Source: Octopus vulgaris
Lineage: Eukaryota
DNA length: 64,000 nucleotides
Assembly: GCA_951406725.2 (NCBI GenBank)
Contig: OX597814.1
Coordinates: 1,426,001 to 1,490,000 of the forward strand
Direction: 5' to 3'
This document shows, in pieces, positions 1-14,034 of the stretch. Within the stretch, counting starts at the first letter, position 1. The number at the start of each line of letters is the position of its first letter. Made by a program: the position numbers and the translations under genes. Below the pieces are notes generated by a model. It was not told the DNA's origin and ran no database searches. It saw only the letters and a list, made by a program, of their open reading frames with translations.

Positions 1-936
1 AATACACACAACACACACATCGCCGTATGATACTATCACATATTGAAGAATAGTAATACAATCCGTATATCAAAATTATTATTTTTTTATCAAAATCATT
101 ATTTTGATTGTATTATCTCATTATAATATATATCGTATCATATCATATCACATACGATTGTTATATGATAACAATCGTATCAATTACAACTCGAAAAGGA
201 AATCATGATCACCACCCCTACCCCCGCACCCCCGAGCTAAATCGAGCGACCGCGATAAAATCAATTATGATTGAAGATAGAATTTCAAACAGTTTAATAT
301 TCCGTGTTTGGATTTTATTGATTAGTTCTTTGTTATTGTTGTTGATGATGATGATGATGATGATGTTATCGTTGTTGTTGGTGTTGTTGTTGTTGTGGTT
401 GATGTCATATAACCCCAGGTCAGCCGTTATCCAGTAGATCTATGATCAAAGTATCAAACTTAAAGTAAGCACTGGGGTCATTCAGCTAAAAGATCTTCAG
501 GGTGGTGCCCCAGCATGGCCGCAGTCTAATGAGTGAAACACGCAATAGATAAAATATCAAAGATGAACGCTTTTAAACCCTATCTCATTCCTTTCTTTGT
601 TTAGCAAGAACAACATTGACGGAGTCGGTTGAGTGGTCAATATTGACCCTTAGGGATCTATGTAGCTATTCAATGGGTCAGTAAGCACAGGAGACACTAT
701 TTGAGCATTAAGGGTGCTGAATTGGTGGCACTCCGCCGGTTATGATGACGAGGGTTGCAGTTGATCCGATCAATATCAACGGAACGACTTGTTTGACTAA
801 AAGTGGTGCTCCAGCATGGCCACAGTCACGTGACTGAAACAAGTAAAATAATGAAAGAATAACCGTATCAAAATGACAAAAATGTTTTTTTATTGTTTTT
901 TTATTAACTTCGTTTAATATTTTTATTAAATTATTT

Positions 937-1235
937 TACGAGCTCTAAAAAAAAAAAAAAAGTATCAGAACTGTTGCTATAAAAAGTATTCTATAACACA
1001 TACCAGTTCGGCAGTTAATCCCCTTCGAAGTCCCTTTCAAAAGCCACACACTTTATCCAGCATCGTTTCCATTGATGGAAACATTCCCGGATGTCTTTCT
1101 TTGGTGGAAACTGCGAACATCTGCCTCGTCGCATTCTCTTGGATTTCCTCAATGATTTGTTCTCTTGGAATGGGATTTGATGTTTGGAAAGATTCTTGGC
1201 CATAATAATCTTCAAGCAGTGTTTCTTTCCAAGCA

Positions 1236-1284
<49 letters not shown>

Positions 1285-1388
1285 AACCACACACAACCAC
1301 ACATACAACCACACACACACACACAACCACACACACAACCACACACACAACCACACACACAACCACACACACAACCACACACACACAA

Positions 1389-1435
<47 letters not shown>

Positions 1436-1509
1436 ACACACACACAACCACACACACAACCACACACACAACCACACACACACAACCACACACACAACCA
1501 CACACACAA

Positions 1510-1559
<50 letters not shown>

Positions 1560-1938
1560 CCACACACACACAACCACACACACAACCACACACACAACCA
1601 CACACACACAACACACACACACAACCACACACACACACACACACACACACAACCACACACACAACCACACACACAACCACACACACAACCACACACACAA
1701 CCACACATACACACATTTCCTCTGCGATGGTCACTGGTGGAGCCTCTCTGGTGTGGTGAGAAGGCCACACTCCATACACTTGGCTTCCAAGTACTGCTTG
1801 AGAGTGAGCGAGAACATAATAACTTAGTGCGCATGCGCAACAGAGTCTAAGACCAATCTGTGCCAAGCGGCTTCACTCTGCATACGTTAGCTCCGTTACC
1901 ATGACAACAGTCCCGAAACCCTTTGATCATGCCTCTTA
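937..1938 (-). mobile_element. Internally deleted mariner transposon with both TIRs, interrupted by a (CA)/(CAACCACACA) array
   Basis: Minus strand 1015-1165 reads IEEIQENATRQM / CFHQWKRCWIKCVAFERDFEGD*, matching a mariner C-terminus (W.KCV...YFEGD). The ends TACGAGCTCT..AAAAGTATCAGAACTGTTGC (937) and rc TAAGAGGCATGATCAAAGGGTTTCGGGACTGTTGTC (1938) resemble each other and the TIR at 47044. Confidence 0.75.
1233..1715. repeat. Compound (CA)n / (CAACCACACA)n microsatellite
   Basis: Directly visible; source of the spurious CV/HT ORFs. Confidence 0.95.
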
Positions 1939-2004
1939 AATATTTCTTTAAAAAAAAAACGGTAATGACACACACACACACACACACACAAACACTCACT
2001 GATA

Positions 2005-2505
2005 CAAACGACGGGCTTCCGCACAGTTTCCGCCCACCAAATCCACTCAGAAGGCACAGGTCTGTCCGGAACTGCAGTGAAAGACACTGGCACAAGGTGC
2101 TGCGCAGAGGGATTAAACTCGAAATCCCATGGTTGTGAAGCAAGCTCCTAAGCCATATCTTTTATCTTTTATTTGTTTCAGTCATTAGACTGCGGCCATG
2201 CTGGGGCAATGCCTTGAAAAATTTCAGTCGAACGAATCGACCCTTGTACTTTTATTCTATCAGTTTGCTTTGCAGAACTGTTAAGTTACGGGACGTAAAC
2301 CCACCAGCATCGGTTGTCACGCCATGGTGGATTCCTCCATCATCCAGCACCATACACACACGACGGGTTTCTTTCAGTTCCGGTCACCAGATCCATGCAC
2401 AAGGCATTATTCAGCCTGGGGCTATATAGTAAAAGACACTTGCAGAAAGTGCTGCTCCGTGAGATTGAACTCGAAGCCACATGGTTGCAAAGCAATCCCC
2501 TACGC
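2005..2505 (-). mobile_element. SINE family A (tRNA-like head, central microsatellite, 3' tail ...GCATGGCCGCAGTCtAATGACTGAAACAA): a head fragment plus a near-full copy
   Basis: Same head (CAGTTTCCG..CCAAATCCACTCACAAGGC..GAACCC) and tail seen in about ten copies in the window. Confidence 0.8.
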
Positions 2506-2520
2506 CATTCACCCATACCT

Positions 2521-2935
2521 ATTTCTTTATTGCCTACAAGAGGCTAAACACAGAGGGGGCAAACAAGGCCAGACAAAGGTATTAAATCGATTACATCGAC
2601 CCCAGTGCGTAACTGGTACTTATTTAATCGACCCCGAAAGGATGAAAGGCAAAGTCGACCTCGGCGGAATTTGAACTCAGAACGTAACGGCAGACGAAAT
2701 ACCTACTTCTCTATTGCCCACAAGGGGCTAAACATAGAGGGGACAAACAAGGACAGACAAAGGTATTAAGTCGATTATATCGACCCCAGTGCGTAACTGG
2801 TACTTAATTTATCGACCCCGAAAGGATGAAAGGCAAAGTCGACCTCGGCGGAATTTGAACCCAGAACGTAGCGGCAGACGAAATACTGCTAAGCATTTCG
2901 CCCGGCGCGCTAACGTTTCTGCCAGCTCGCCGCCT
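2521..2935 (-). mobile_element. SINE family B, internally duplicated (dimeric body), with TSD
   Basis: Two ~184-bp copies of the body containing GTCGACTTTGCCTTTCATCCTTTCGGGGTCGAT (minus strand); flanked by CCATTCACCCATACCT (2505-2520) and CCATCCACCCATACCT (2937-2952). Confidence 0.85.
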
Positions 2936-3465
2936 TCCATCCACCCATACCTGCGCTACCTGTAGCATCTTTAAAAACTTTTGTTTTTCTTTCTATATAG
3001 ATTAACTTAACCTCTGCAATTCTTGATTAGCGTAAATACAGGGATAGAGAGTTAATCTTGTTTTTTATGAATGGCCGTCATTAGTTGTGGATAAAGCAAA
3101 TCTTAATCTAAATTTATCCCCGCTGGTGCCACATTACCTGCGGTGGTGCAGCCTCATAAAGATATCTGCTGCAGTGTTTGCTTAGGCTTGATGACGTCAC
3201 GCGTTTTCCTACTGACGTCATCGCTATTTGCATTCGGCTCAAACAATGGTCTCTTTGCTTTCAGCCGGACAAAATGTAGTGTATGGCCAGCATAGCGAAA
3301 TAATGGCCTGCCTTATCACTTGGCATAGATTCACTTAAGTTTTACAGTGAAATACCTAGAAGTCAGTTGGTCATGGTTTGTATTAATAACTTATTGCAGA
3401 CTTCTTGGCACCTCTGTGGCGAAGCTGAGCCGACTGTGAAGATACACACACACACACACACACAT

Positions 3466-3550
<85 letters not shown>

Positions 3551-3958
3551 GTTTAGAAAATCTATGTCTGTTTGTAGAAGAAATCTAATTTTACTATTGA
3601 ATTTCTTTATTTTCGTGACTGTTTGCTTTCGACAGTTTCCAACTGATGTTTCCCAGGAACCCTTTGTCTTTGAGATATGGTTATGGAACCGATATTTCAG
3701 GAAAGATACGTTTAAAGATAAATCGACGAGATTTCCATGGACGAAATGTTTAGCCTTGAGATCTTTTGCTGAGTGATTCTTTCAAAAATACCCCAACGTA
3801 GCTACAATACTTCAGATTTCCTTCTAATTTTTCTTGCTTCTCACAGATTCGCGCGAATTAACGAGGAAAATTCTGCGCAGTGAAGTAGCAAGAAATAACA
3901 GCCAAGCCACTTCAAATCAGGAAATACTATCTTAAACAAGGAAAGACACATTGAGCAT

Positions 3959-4637
3959 CAGTGGCGGCTCGTATATAGGCACTGCAGAACTGCAGCACCC
4001 CCTATTTCCACTCGATATTATCGATAACATTCAATATAAAGAGTCTTTTTTCTTTCTTTTTTTTTTATACTTGTACATTATATAATCCTTTAGCTTAATA
4101 TCAGTAGCCATCCCCTAGTTTATGAAAAAATACAAAAATCCTTGTATAGAACTGTGCGCTTCACTGTTCCAGCGACGCGGTGTTTGGCTGTTGTGCGCAT
4201 GCTCACATGTCCGAGATAGGAAGCTTCACGCTAGGGAGAGACAGCACTGTCGTTCATGCAGTGCAGGTGAAAGGTAGTGTTTCTTTATGACTCCTCGTGT
4301 GCTGTGCTTAAAAAAACGTGTTTATATTCTTGAATGTGATAAAGTGTAGAATTAGATTATTATCCTGCTTCCAGCTTCAGTGTTGCTGCCAGGATTTACA
4401 AAACAGGGTAGATTTCACCCCCTTATTTTGTGATTTAGGAGGGGATTTTTGAAAAGCAAGAGGGAATTCACGGCAGTATTCAGTGAACAAATTAAATACA
4501 CTCCCCGGCAGTGGCTAAAATGCGAACCGATCAAGTTTATGTATAAACATTCTTTTTATATGTTTATTTCCTTTTCGGCAAAAGTTTTTCTGAATTAGCA
4601 CCCCCACCCCACTAGTTTTATCTACGAGCCGCCACTG
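3959..4637. mobile_element. Non-autonomous hAT-type DNA transposon (MITE), 679 bp
   Basis: Perfect 15-bp TIR CAGTGGCGGCTCGTA / TACGAGCCGCCACTG; 8-bp TSD TTGAGCAT (3951-3958) / TTGAGCAG (4638-4645). CAG ends with an 8-bp TSD are hAT hallmarks. Confidence 0.85.
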
Positions 4638-4779
4638 TTGAGCAGTGTACAAAGAGGCAGGATGATCATGGCTTGAATATCTTTGACTATGAGACTTGGA
4701 ATAAGCAATAACGACAACAGTTACACGTTAGTGGCAAATAGAAGGATAGCACTTTGTAAAAGAGCTTTTGTTTTTTTTA

Positions 4780-4938
4780 AACGAAATATTCTGCAATATT
4801 TCATCAGACGAAATTTTATCAAACGAAATTTTATCAGACGAAATTTCATCAGACGAAATTTTTTCAGACGAAATTGTTTCAGACGAAATTTTTTCAGACG
4901 AAATTTTGTCAGATGAAATTTCGTCAGATGAAATTTTA
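4780..4938. repeat. 15-bp minisatellite (TCAGACGAAATTTTT), about 10 units
   Basis: Directly visible; gives the RRNFF/SDEIF ORF repeats. Confidence 0.9.
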
Positions 4939-5301
4939 CCGTCTTTAATCCCGTGCGCACAGTGGTTAAATCACACGTAATCTAGATATTTATACCAATC
5001 TTTAACTGATTCGATAATGAAGAAGCTCGAGAATATCCTTTAATTAGGATAAGCCATCCTAATCTCATGCAACGACGCAATCACAAAATATACACAGGAA
5101 ACTTTGAAAGCCATTAAAATCATTGAAAATGTAAGGCCTGGCGATCGCTGGTGACGTTCTGGCGACCACATCATGCCACGCTCGTCCACGCTCATATATA
5201 ACATAGACATTTAACGAGTAAGTCTCACCTTGTGTTTCTTGATCTGCTAGAAATAGCTGTTGAATCAAAAGAATAAACATTACAAATGTGACCGTCATCG
5301 T

Positions 5302-5346
<45 letters not shown>

Positions 5347-5469
5347 ACACACACACACACACACATACACACGCATGTGGACATATCTGCGAGCCACATG
5401 TAGCAGCAAAAGAAGTTGGCTTCAATATCGTTGGGAATAGGTGACGATATTTATTAAATGATACAGTGA

Positions 5470-5825
5470 AGGCGCATGGCTCAGTGGTTAGAGCGCCGGG
5501 CTCACAATCATGAAGTAGTGAATTCGATTCCCGGACCGGGCTGCGTGTTGTGTTCTTGATCAAGATACTTTATTTCACGTTGCTTCAGTTCACTCAGCTG
5601 TAGAAATGAGTTGCGACATCACAGGTGCCAAGCTGTATCGACCCCTTTGCTTTTCCCTTGGATAACATCGTGGACGTGGAGAGTGGGGGGGGGGGGGCTT
5701 GTATGCATGGGTCAATACTGGTCTTCTGCAAACAACTTTGCCCGGACATGTGCCTCGGAGGGTAACTTTCTAGGTGCAATCCCATGGTTACTCATGACCG
5801 AAGGGGGTCTTTACTCTTTTTACAG
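5470..5825 (+). mobile_element. tRNA-derived SINE with CORE-like middle and a distinct 3' tail
   Basis: A box TGGCTCAGTGG, B box AATTCGATTCC, CORE-like TTCTTGATCAAGATACTTTATTTCACGTTGCT..CACTCAGCTG, tail ending in TTTAC-like repeats. Confidence 0.8.
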
Positions 5826-5899
5826 TTATGGAGACTTACTTTCAGTTTATCTGTCAATGATTCGATGATCACTGTACATCTTCAGCTGGGGCTAACATC

Positions 5900-5995
5900 A
5901 TCGAACTTCCAAGATCTTCCAAATATATATCACCGCATATATCTCTCGTCCTCTCTTCAGGGCATAGAGACTCAGCTTCTTTAGCCCCAGCTCCT
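5900..5995 (-). pseudogene. LINE (CR1/Crack-like) post-RT fragment
   Basis: LKKLSLYALKRGREIYAVIYIWKIL resembles the L.L.SL.RRR.R...I..WKI motif near the 3' end of CR1-group ORF2. Confidence 0.5.
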
Positions 5996-6097
5996 TTAGT
6001 ACACACACACACACACGCATACACACACATAAATGTATGCATATATATGTATATATATGTTTATATATACATACACACACACACACACACACACACA

Positions 6098-6135
<38 letters not shown>

Positions 6136-6601
6136 ATATAAATGAGTAACAAAGATGTATAAGTGTCAATTCATTACGGCCGTTTCGAGCGACTTCCTTT
6201 AACTGAACAATGGAAGCATTTTTAGTTTCTGCCAGAAAGTCTAGCAATGGAATCAGTTTAAATATTTGCTCTCTATTGATGATATGAAAATGCTTAAATA
6301 TCTCACGTGTCCTTTATGCTTGAAGCCTATGCGGTCATCTGGTGAGATCGTTTTTCTTTGTAACGATGTACAAAACTGGATCTCCTTCTGTCACGAGTTC
6401 CAGATGAATTTACATGACGGAAATCCCACATTCACCAAATGCCACACATCAAAAGAGGTTTAGTGAAAGTGCAGCAAAGCAAGAGGAGGTGATCCAGTAT
6501 GGCCGTAGCCCTCAGGCTGAAACTAAAAGATAAAATATATGTTCTTTTATTCTTTAAAAATAAACACAAAGGATATACATGCATATATATATATATATAC
6601 A

Positions 6602-6658
<57 letters not shown>

Positions 6659-6681
6659 GAATATATATATATATATACTCT

Positions 6682-6734
<53 letters not shown>

Positions 6735-6928
6735 GTATACATATATATATGTGTATATATATATATGTGAGTGTGTGTGTGTGTGTGTGAGAATAGAAGA
6801 AATGTAGGGAGGCTGATTATAAAATAAAACATGAATTCTTTAACTATTTTAATGCAACGTATTTCGGGATTCTTGAAGACTTCTCAAAGAACAATGGTAT
6901 GACTACTGGCATTCGTGGACATACATGC

Positions 6929-7042
<114 letters not shown>

Positions 7043-7299
7043 ACACACACACACACATGCATTCTGGCAGACACAATAACAGAAACACAATCTTTTCCCC
7101 CACATAGATGCAAATTGTTCAATATTTCTGAGGAAAACTAAATAATCGATAAACATCGATCTCACTGATTGATTGACAACTCTTTTATCGATCCCTGAAG
7201 GATGAAAAGCAGAGATGACCTAAGAAAGATCTGAACTCAGAATGTAAAGAGATGGAACTAAGTACTGTTATTTTTGTTCGTCGCACCATCGGTCGGGTA

Positions 7300-8265
<966 letters not shown>

Positions 8266-8504
8266 GGCTCTGAATGTCTGTTTAGTATTCGTATGATATT
8301 TTAGTAACTAAACCATTAGTATCTCACAATACTACTAGCATTAGTATTAGAGTTTATGATATTAGTGTTTGAGACACAAACTGTTACTTCTGTTTTACTA
8401 GCCATTACCATTGCGATTATAACACACACACTCCCCACCCCCTCGTCCACCTCAACCACGACCAAAACATCATCACAAACACCACAACACTAGATCATTA
8501 TTGT

Positions 8505-9255
8505 ATCATCATCATCATCATCGTCGTCGTCGCTGTCGTAGTCGTCATCATCATGATCGTGGTCATCAGCATTTTCCTCATCATCATCGTCATCGTCATC
8601 ATCACCATCATCATCATCATCATCATCGTCATCATCACCATCATCATCATCATCGTCATCGTCATCATCACCATCATCATCATCATCGTCATCGTCATCA
8701 TCACCATCATCATCATCATCGTTGTCGCCGTCGTCATCATCACCACCACCATCATCATCATCATCATCACCTCGATCAACACCACTAATAAGACTACAGC
8801 TACCCCCGTAGCTCCATCATCGCCATACCACTACCTTTACCGTAACCACCACAAGTATCATCATCACCTTCATGTCTAATGACACCGCAAAGGAGAACAT
8901 CGTATCCACCACCACCACCACCACCACCACCACCACCATCACCACTACCACCACCATCACTACTACCACCACCATCACCACTACCACCACCACCATCACC
9001 ACTACCACCACATCTACTACCAACAAAAGAACGCCACCACAATCACTACCGCTCCACCCCACCCCAACAACAACCATCAACACAATCACTACAACAACAA
9101 TCAAAACCACTACTACCGCCACCACCATAATACCACCTTAATCATCATCACCACTACAACCCCCACAACCTTCCTTACCACAACTTCAACTACCACCACC
9201 ACTACCACCACCACCACCTACACCACCACCACCACCACCGCCGCCGCCAACCGCC
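8505..9255. repeat. (CAT)/(CGT) and (CAC)/(ACT) trinucleotide arrays
   Basis: Directly visible. Confidence 0.9.
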
Positions 9256-9924
9256 ATACGGTCAACCTATCATATAAAATAATAAAACACAACAACAACA
9301 ACGAAAACAAATCAGTCTCGAAGTAGTTTATCGCCATAAAACGGCGAGCATCATCAGCGCTAAGTAACACCTAGAGTGACCTCGTCTTGGAGATAACCGC
9401 TTGGCCATTTTGAAGTGGTGGCGGGGGGGTGGGGGTGGAGAGGGGGAGGGGAGGAGAAAAATCCATGAACTGAACTGTCTCTCTCTTTTCTTTCCTAAAA
9501 CCACCGCCACCGCCACCAACGCCAACACCATCGCCGCCATCACAGACAGCATCTCTGGAGCTTCCTCGCGCTCTTCCAGTCACCGCCTGCCTACCCCCTC
9601 CCCCGATGACACTACTGCTCTCTGCGTAACCAGCCAGTCCTCGCCAAAACACACACACACACACACACACACGTATGTATATATACATATACGTACACAT
9701 ACCCATACATGCACACTTACCATCTTTCTATCTTATTACTGGAGAAAGACTAAAGGTTAGATTATGAACAATGTTTCAGGAAAATGGCAGAAGGCAAATG
9801 AAATGTAATAAACAGAGCTTGATAAAAATCTTCATTTTCCAAAGTTTCGCGTGATGGCTTTGCTCTACATAAATATGTATAGGTTTGTGTGAAGACTATT
9901 GTATATGTATGTACATTTATATAC

Positions 9925-10008
<84 letters not shown>

Positions 10009-10133
10009 GCAGGCGTAAATGTACATATTTACCAAATGATAGCCTCACGCATACATACAGTGAAATATATGCACGTATATGTTATACACATATCCACAAA
10101 GATATATGTATACATACTGCTATGTATGTATAC

Positions 10134-10177
<44 letters not shown>

Positions 10178-10721
10178 CATATACATATAAATAGTCATAC
10201 ATATGTCTTTCACAATACACATATGTTTATATATATATACATACACGTATGTATGCATGTACATGCGTACATATGTATGTATGTATGTATGTATACTTGT
10301 CTCATGGGCCAACTTTGCAACAGGAGATGTTCCTGATAGAGTTACCACATAATGGCAATATGATCAAAGATCAAAACATGTAGCAGACTTGTTAAATGTG
10401 TTGAGCAGAAGACAAAAAAAAAACGAAACAAGAAAAAACAACAACAACAAAAAAACAAAACAAAACGAACAATAAATGTAACAAAACAGTATAAACACAA
10501 CAAAGACAAAAGACTACTAGTAACATAGTGTTGTGAAAAAAAAATTCAATAAGGACATTGGTACACGCGCGCACGCGCACAAATACACACACAGACACAC
10601 ACACACACACACACATGCATCTACACACACATACACATGCATACGTATGTGTGTGTATGTATATTTGTGTGTGTATGTGTATGGATTTATGTGTTCATGG
10701 ACACTACACATGCACATTGCA

Positions 10722-10771
<50 letters not shown>

Positions 10772-11401
10772 ATACATATATACACACACACACTCACATA
10801 TATATATATATAATGTACACATACAGATTGACATTAGAATAATTTCGCAGGTATGCCTTCTGCATGACGTACAAGTAGTTTAGCGCAGGTTACCATTATG
10901 TACGTATTAAACCGAAAATATTTTCTAATTATTACTGGTAAGGATTGTGTTCTCTCTTGAGACATAATGCGAGATTTGAACGTGAATATCTAATTTCTGT
11001 TGTTTTTCGTCGTCAGAGAATATCTCCCCCTTTTAAATGAGGAGCATTAATAACATACGTGATCCAACGGTTTAAGGAAACTTTTGAGAAAGCGCGCTGT
11101 TTCGACATCGTTAAATGTAATTCAATCTAAAGAGGAAGCGGAGAAATGAATTGTTATCTGTTCGGCAGACATCAGCCCGCATTAGAAAATAATTTATTTG
11201 CCGATTCCTAGCCTGGCGCTCCGTCAGTTACGACGACGAAGGTTCCAGGTGATCCGATTAACAGAATGGTCTGCTCGTGAAATTAACATGTTATATCGGT
11301 CGCTTTTGCCAAACCGCTAAGATGCAGGAACGTAGAGAAAACAAAAACACAACACCGATGGTCAAACGGTGGGGAACGACAACCACATACAGAAAGACAC
11401 A

Positions 11402-11453
<52 letters not shown>

Positions 11454-11454
11454 A

Positions 11455-11765
11455 GTACTCCGTCGGTTACGACGATGAGGGTCCCAGTCGATCCGATCAA
11501 CGGAACGGCTTGCTCGTGAAATTAACTTGCAAGTGGCTGAGTACTCCACAGACACGCATACCCTTAACATAGTTCTTAGGGAGATTTAGCCTGACACAGA
11601 ATGTGACAGGGCTGACTCTTTAAAATACAGGTACAACTCATTTTTGCCAGCTGAGTGGACTGGAGCAACGTGAAATAAAGTGTCTTGCCGAAGGACACCG
11701 TGTGCCACCTGGAATAGAACTCACGACCTCACGTTCGTGAGCCGAATACCCTAACCACTTAGCCA
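11455..11765 (-). mobile_element. SINE family C (tRNA head, CORE-like middle, ..GTCGTAACCGACGGAGTGC tail)
   Basis: Near-identical layout to 42265-42580; tail fragments also at 725-790 and 11215-11290. Confidence 0.8.
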
Positions 11766-12431
11766 GGTGTCTATAAACAAGAGGGCATGCTTTTCTTTTA
11801 GATTCATAGGTTTAGTGAGGTAGCTTTGACTGAGGAGGCACAGAACGGGGCTGAAACACCTCGGTCTCTCAAAGTCTCCTTACATCGGTGAATCTCGTAA
11901 GTGTTTTGAACAATCATCATCTAAAAAAAGAGGATATTCTCTGATGAGGAAAAGTATGTCAGTGATAACTATTCCTAAAATGGGCAAGGGAGAGAATTCC
12001 CGAATTTCTATTTCCCCAAAATTAAATGGAGATGAATAGAAAGGGCAACATGATTCTTTGCTGCTATGGGGACCACTGCGGACATATTCAGCTTTATTAG
12101 ACCCTGATATTGCGGGGCGGAGTCCATTCTTAACTACAAAGACCTCAAAACGACTAATTATTTTGTGTGGAAATAATTGAACAGGTAAATTAAAATGTTG
12201 ACATTTGAGTTATTCCTAGGGAGGCTTTCTGCAAAAATGACGTAGTTAAGTGCAGGCTACCACGTTTAACATAGTGAGCGGAACATCCTTTGAAATTATA
12301 GTCACAATCGAAAGACTGATTAGCATTAATGACAGTTACTACCAGAGTGGCAAAGAAGAGAAACAGTACATACATACGTCTTAGCCCGTAGGCTGCGGCC
12401 ATGCTTGAGCATTGTCAGCGAAATTGCCAGA

Positions 12432-12505
12432 AGGCGGGTACGGGACTCGAACCCGTACCCGCTTAGATACCGGCTGAGAGCTCTAACCATTAAGCTAAAA
12501 GGCCC
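12432..12505 (-). pseudogene. tRNA-like module, probably TE-borne; second degenerate copy at 12707-12767
   Basis: A box TAGCTTAATGG, B box GGTTCGAGTCC, T-stem ACGGG/CCCGT, anticodon loop CCGGTAT; acceptor stem poorly paired. Confidence 0.55.
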
Positions 12506-12890
12506 ACTGACAGCAATTACCGTCCGTTTTAATGTTAAATTATAGCTTTCGAATGCGACAACATTTTATAATCAAATTTTGGAGGCGCCGAATATGGTTG
12601 GTATTTTACAGACAAGAAAGTAAAATTCGAACGCAGTAAAGCTGCAAGAAGAACAAAGACAAATTGGGTATTCACCCTTATAAAACGGAGGGAAAAAAGT
12701 TGTGAGAAGGCGGCTACAGGGATCGAACCCGTACACCTCAGATACTGGCGAAGCGATTTAACCATTAAAATAAACTTGGAGTAATAGAATTAGGAACCTT
12801 TCAGTTATATTGCATTAATGAACACACTCACACACACGTATTAAGTCCTGCAATTTATCGCTTCTCGATGAATCAACAGGGATGTATGTA

Positions 12891-13056
<166 letters not shown>

Positions 13057-13059
13057 ATA

Positions 13060-13093
<34 letters not shown>

Positions 13094-13098
<5 letters not shown>

Positions 13099-13214
13099 AT
13101 CCAAACATGAAAGCACAAAAAAAAACACACACAACAACGCGAGGACATGGAACAAATATAGTATTATTGGACGCTCAGGAAGGAAGGGAAGAAGGAGGGT
13201 TTAACGTTTCGAGC
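13094..13214 (-). mobile_element. Truncated copy of the HHR element found at 44485-44692
   Basis: Reverse complement of about 44578-44692; ends at GCTCGAAACGTTAAA (3' half of the HHR); embedded in (TA)n. Confidence 0.75.
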
Positions 13215-13239
13215 ATATATATATATATATATATATATA

Positions 13240-13502
13240 TGAAAAAATAAGTCAAAATAGAAAATGCTAAAATAATTTTATAAAGAACATTTCAGTACCG
13301 GTTTCAGTAATTTTGAGACCTTTTCAACTGTAACGATTAAATAATTAAATTTAGAAAAATTAAAAGAAATGTTTTTTTAAAGGAATATTTGTATAGTGTT
13401 CAAATATAAGTGGCATTTTCCTTGTTTCTACCTTGCTCTGTTTCTCTTGAAATGTTCTTTATAAAATTATTTTAAAATTTTCTATTTTGACTTATTTTTT
13501 CA
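13240..13502. mobile_element. Short element with 55-bp terminal inverted repeats and an atypical HHR-like motif
   Basis: 13240-13294 is the reverse complement of 13448-13502 with 2 mismatches; minus strand CAG-TTGAAAA-GGT..ACT-GAAACCGGTA-CTG. Confidence 0.6.
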
Positions 13503-13543
13503 TATATATCAACTCGTGTGCTCCTTTTCATCCTTATACATAC

Positions 13544-13607
<64 letters not shown>

Positions 13608-13727
13608 ACAATATAAGGAATGGCCCTAATGGGCCATTCGACTCACTAGAAAGAGCAGCCAAACTCAAACCGCTAAATAGTTGTAATTTTGAAATTGAAA
13701 GAGAAATAAAAACATTTACCCTTTTCA

Positions 13728-13822
13728 TCTCTGGACTATGCATAGTTTCGACAAACTTTGGTAAACAAATTAATTAAATTAAATTAAATTTATTTACAAC
13801 TGGCGTGTCTCGTCAGCAGAGA
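13728..13822 (-). ncRNA. Type I hammerhead ribozyme, mirror copy
   Basis: Reverse complement of 13940-14034. Confidence 0.85.
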
Positions 13823-13939
13823 AGCCGAGGACAAGTATATGTCCACGAGGCGACGGTGGCGGTGGATTTTGAAAATTTAGATCATATAGACTGGAGGCGT
13901 CTTTGCCGTCGCCTCGTGGACATATACTTGTCCTCGGCT

Positions 13940-14034
13940 TCTCTGCTGACGAGACACGCCAGTTGTAAATAAATTTAATTTAATTTAATTAATTTGTTTA
14001 CCAAAGTTTGTCGAAACTATGCATAGTCCAGAGA
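13940..14034 (+). ncRNA. Type I hammerhead ribozyme, canonical core
   Basis: Helix I TCTCTG/CAGAGA; core CTGACGA; helix II GACA/TGTC with extended AT stem; GAAA; palindromic helix III ACTATGCATAGT; GTC cleavage triplet, predicted cut after 14028. Confidence 0.85.

Noticed and set aside
11802-11896. Possible exon (TTTTAG ... GTAAGT)
   Set aside because: Splice-like sites are present, but the frame I read has a stop and no recognisable protein; unsupported without RNA data.
11941-11953. CTGATGAGGAAA as a hammerhead core
   Set aside because: No helix II between CTGATGA and GAAA and no helix I.
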